DNA from: Octopus vulgaris
Taxonomy: Eukaryota
Length of the DNA stretch: 64,000 nt
Assembly: GCA_951406725.2 (NCBI GenBank)
Contig: OX597840.1
Coordinates: 37,200,001-37,264,000, forward strand
Direction of reading: 5' to 3'
Shown: piece after piece, positions 61,629 to 64,000 of the stretch
Layout: each line of letters opens with the position of its first letter
Numbering within the stretch: the first letter of the stretch is position 1
The notes under the pieces: model-generated
Seen by the model: the letters and a program-made list of their open reading frames with translations, nothing else
Database searches by the model: none
Told to the model about the DNA's origin: nothing
Made by a program: the position numbers and the translations under genes

Positions 61629-62056
61629 AAGAGATAAATAGAAGGGAAGACAGATAACTAGATAGATATAGAGAGATAGATAGATAAAGAAAGAGAGAAA
61701 GAGAAAGGGAGAAGAAGGAGAGTGAGAAACGGTTATTGACAGAGAGAAGAAGAGGGAGAGACAGAGGGTGCAAGATTCAGAGATTCGGAGAAAAATGCTG
61801 TTAAAGAAAGAAATTAAAAAAGGAAACAAAAGAAAGAAAAGAGAAAGATACAAACAGAGACAAAAGAAAGAGAAGAAAAGGTAAGTTGATGGGCAATTTT
61901 TTTGGATCGGCTCGATTAGATCCTTGTTGAAGTTAATCAACGGCAACAACAAGAAAAAGAAACAACAAAACAACAAGAAGAACAATAGCAGGGAAGAATG
62001 GGGACAGCGAGACATTCGCCATATTTTCGAATGTCGTTATAGATTAATAATGAAAA

Positions 62057-62440
62057 GTGGAGACGCAATGTCCCAGTGGTTACGGCAGCGGACTCGCGGT
62101 CATAGGATCACGATTTCGATTCCCAGACCGGGCGTTGTGAGTGTTTATTGAGCGAAAACACCTAAAGCTCCACGAGTCTCCAGCAGGGGATGGTGGTGAT
62201 CCCTGCTGTACTCTTTCACCACAACTTTCTCTCACTCTTACTTCCTGTTTCTGTTGTACGTGTATTTCAAAGGGCCGGCCTTGTCACACTCTGTGTCACG
62301 CTGAATATCCCCGAGAACTACGTTAAGGGTACACGTGTCTGTGGAGTGATCAGCCACTTACACGTTAATTTCACGAGCAGGCTGTTCCGTTGATTCGGAT
62401 CAACCGGAACCCTCGTCGTCGTAACCGACGGAGTGCTTCC
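62057..62440 (+). mobile_element. Full-length tRNA-derived SINE (head C + tail type 2)
   Basis: TSD aataatgaaaa at 62046-62056 and aatagtgaaaa at 62441-62451. tRNA-like head with ttcgattccc. Confidence 0.85.
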
Positions 62441-63104
62441 AATAGTGAAAATATTAAGAGATCTAAAATTTTAGAAAGCTTTTATTTTGTTTTATTTAAG
62501 TTTCAGCTTATGTATTGATTTAAATTTGTAAATGGAAACACGTGTACTAAATAAATGGAAATATAGAAATTTCAAAAATGTATGTTTTTTTTTTATTTCA
62601 GTTTTCAGAACTGCTGTGAAACTTATTTTAAACATTCATTTTCGATATATATTTTGGTCTGAAAACTCTACACGTAGGCTCCAAACGAAAGGAAAGAAAA
62701 AAAGAAAAGAAATGGTTGTACATACGCACACACTAGTGTATGTGTATGTGTGGGTTTGTCTCTGCGAGTACACGTACCTGTAGATAATACACATGTATAA
62801 ATGCATGTGCATATGTATGCATATATATGTATATATGCGCTTATGTATGTATCTGCGTAGATATTTCTAAAATTTTAACGGCAAAATGTGCACATATAAG
62901 CACATATACAATACATGTACACACACACACACCTGTTTCTTGATATCTAAGTATATGTGTACTAATATATTTTGCATATTAATATAGACAAGCATATACA
63001 CACAAACGTAAAAGTATATGCGTATATATATATATATATATATATGCAAATATATATATATGCAAATATATATGCACACATACAGACACACACACACAGA
63101 CATA

Positions 63105-63140
<36 letters not shown>

Positions 63141-64000
63141 AATCATGTCTATATTTATCTCCCCCTCTAAATACATATATATATGCATACGGCTACATAT
63201 ACACTTTCTGTCTCTGTATATTTACGTATATGTACATAACACAGTCACATGCATATACAACATGTATATATATATATGTTTACACGAATAAGTGTATAAA
63301 ATTATATGTTTAAAACTTATGTAGTTATAGTTTTATACATATAATTTTATACATTTATTCGTGTAAACATATATATATATATATGAATGTTGTATATGTA
63401 TATGCATGTAACTGTGTTAAGTACATATACATAAATATACAGAGAGAGAGAGAGAGAGGGTGAGAGAGAGAGAGAGAGAGGTGTATATGCTATATACACA
63501 TGTGCAAACGTTCTTGGATGATAATCTGAACAGAAATTTGTTTTTCCACGGAATTTTCAGAAGTATTTAAGTTTTCCAGTTTGTTTTTGTTGTTATGAAA
63601 TACAAATTAAAAAAAAAAAAATAATAATAATACAAGTAAGACATAGCAAAAAAAAAACATACGACCAATTACCAGGTGAGAGCTAAAAGTATGTTTTTAT
63701 TAACTTTCATGTTTCGTCTGTTCGTGTGATCACTTAGTGTGAAGAAGAAGAAGAACAACAACGATATTTCAAAATATTTTCGTTCAATTATAGATGAATC
63801 TTCAAAATATGAAATTAATTTAAATGTTGCATTTATTTTCTTCTTAAATATTTTTAGCGATAAAATTGAGCAGATGAAAAAAAAAATCATTATTTAATAC
63901 AGAGTTGGTTCAGAAGTTGGTAACCTTGCCAAGTCTGTTTTATTGGCACTCATTACCAAGCGCACTGTGCCCGGAATGAAACGGTTGTAACCGTAGTCGT

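Overview
This is AT-rich, microsatellite-saturated eukaryotic DNA with no supportable host protein-coding gene. The repeat families are most consistent with an octopod cephalopod genome (inference from memory of octopus repeats, not checked against a database). Nearly all ORFs in the track are translations of (TA)n/(CA)n/(AAT)n tracts. The real content is mobile DNA: (1) a young 5'-truncated CR1/L2-group LINE (53826-55090) inside an ~8 kb layered TA-derived satellite; (2) relics of R4/Dong-type, RTE, mariner, Tc1, DD-D (maT-like), piggyBac-like and Helitron-like elements; (3) many tRNA-derived SINEs built from interchangeable heads and tails. The most interesting signal is several unrelated short element families carrying minimal type I hammerhead-ribozyme motifs of the Penelope-like-element kind, often as inverted pairs. 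One of them is a TSD-flanked unit that joins a tRNA-type Pol III head to a hammerhead tail (26606-26966). Other highlights are a covarying 3' stem-loop shared by the LINE and the SINEs, and SINE multimers with the same junction at independent loci.
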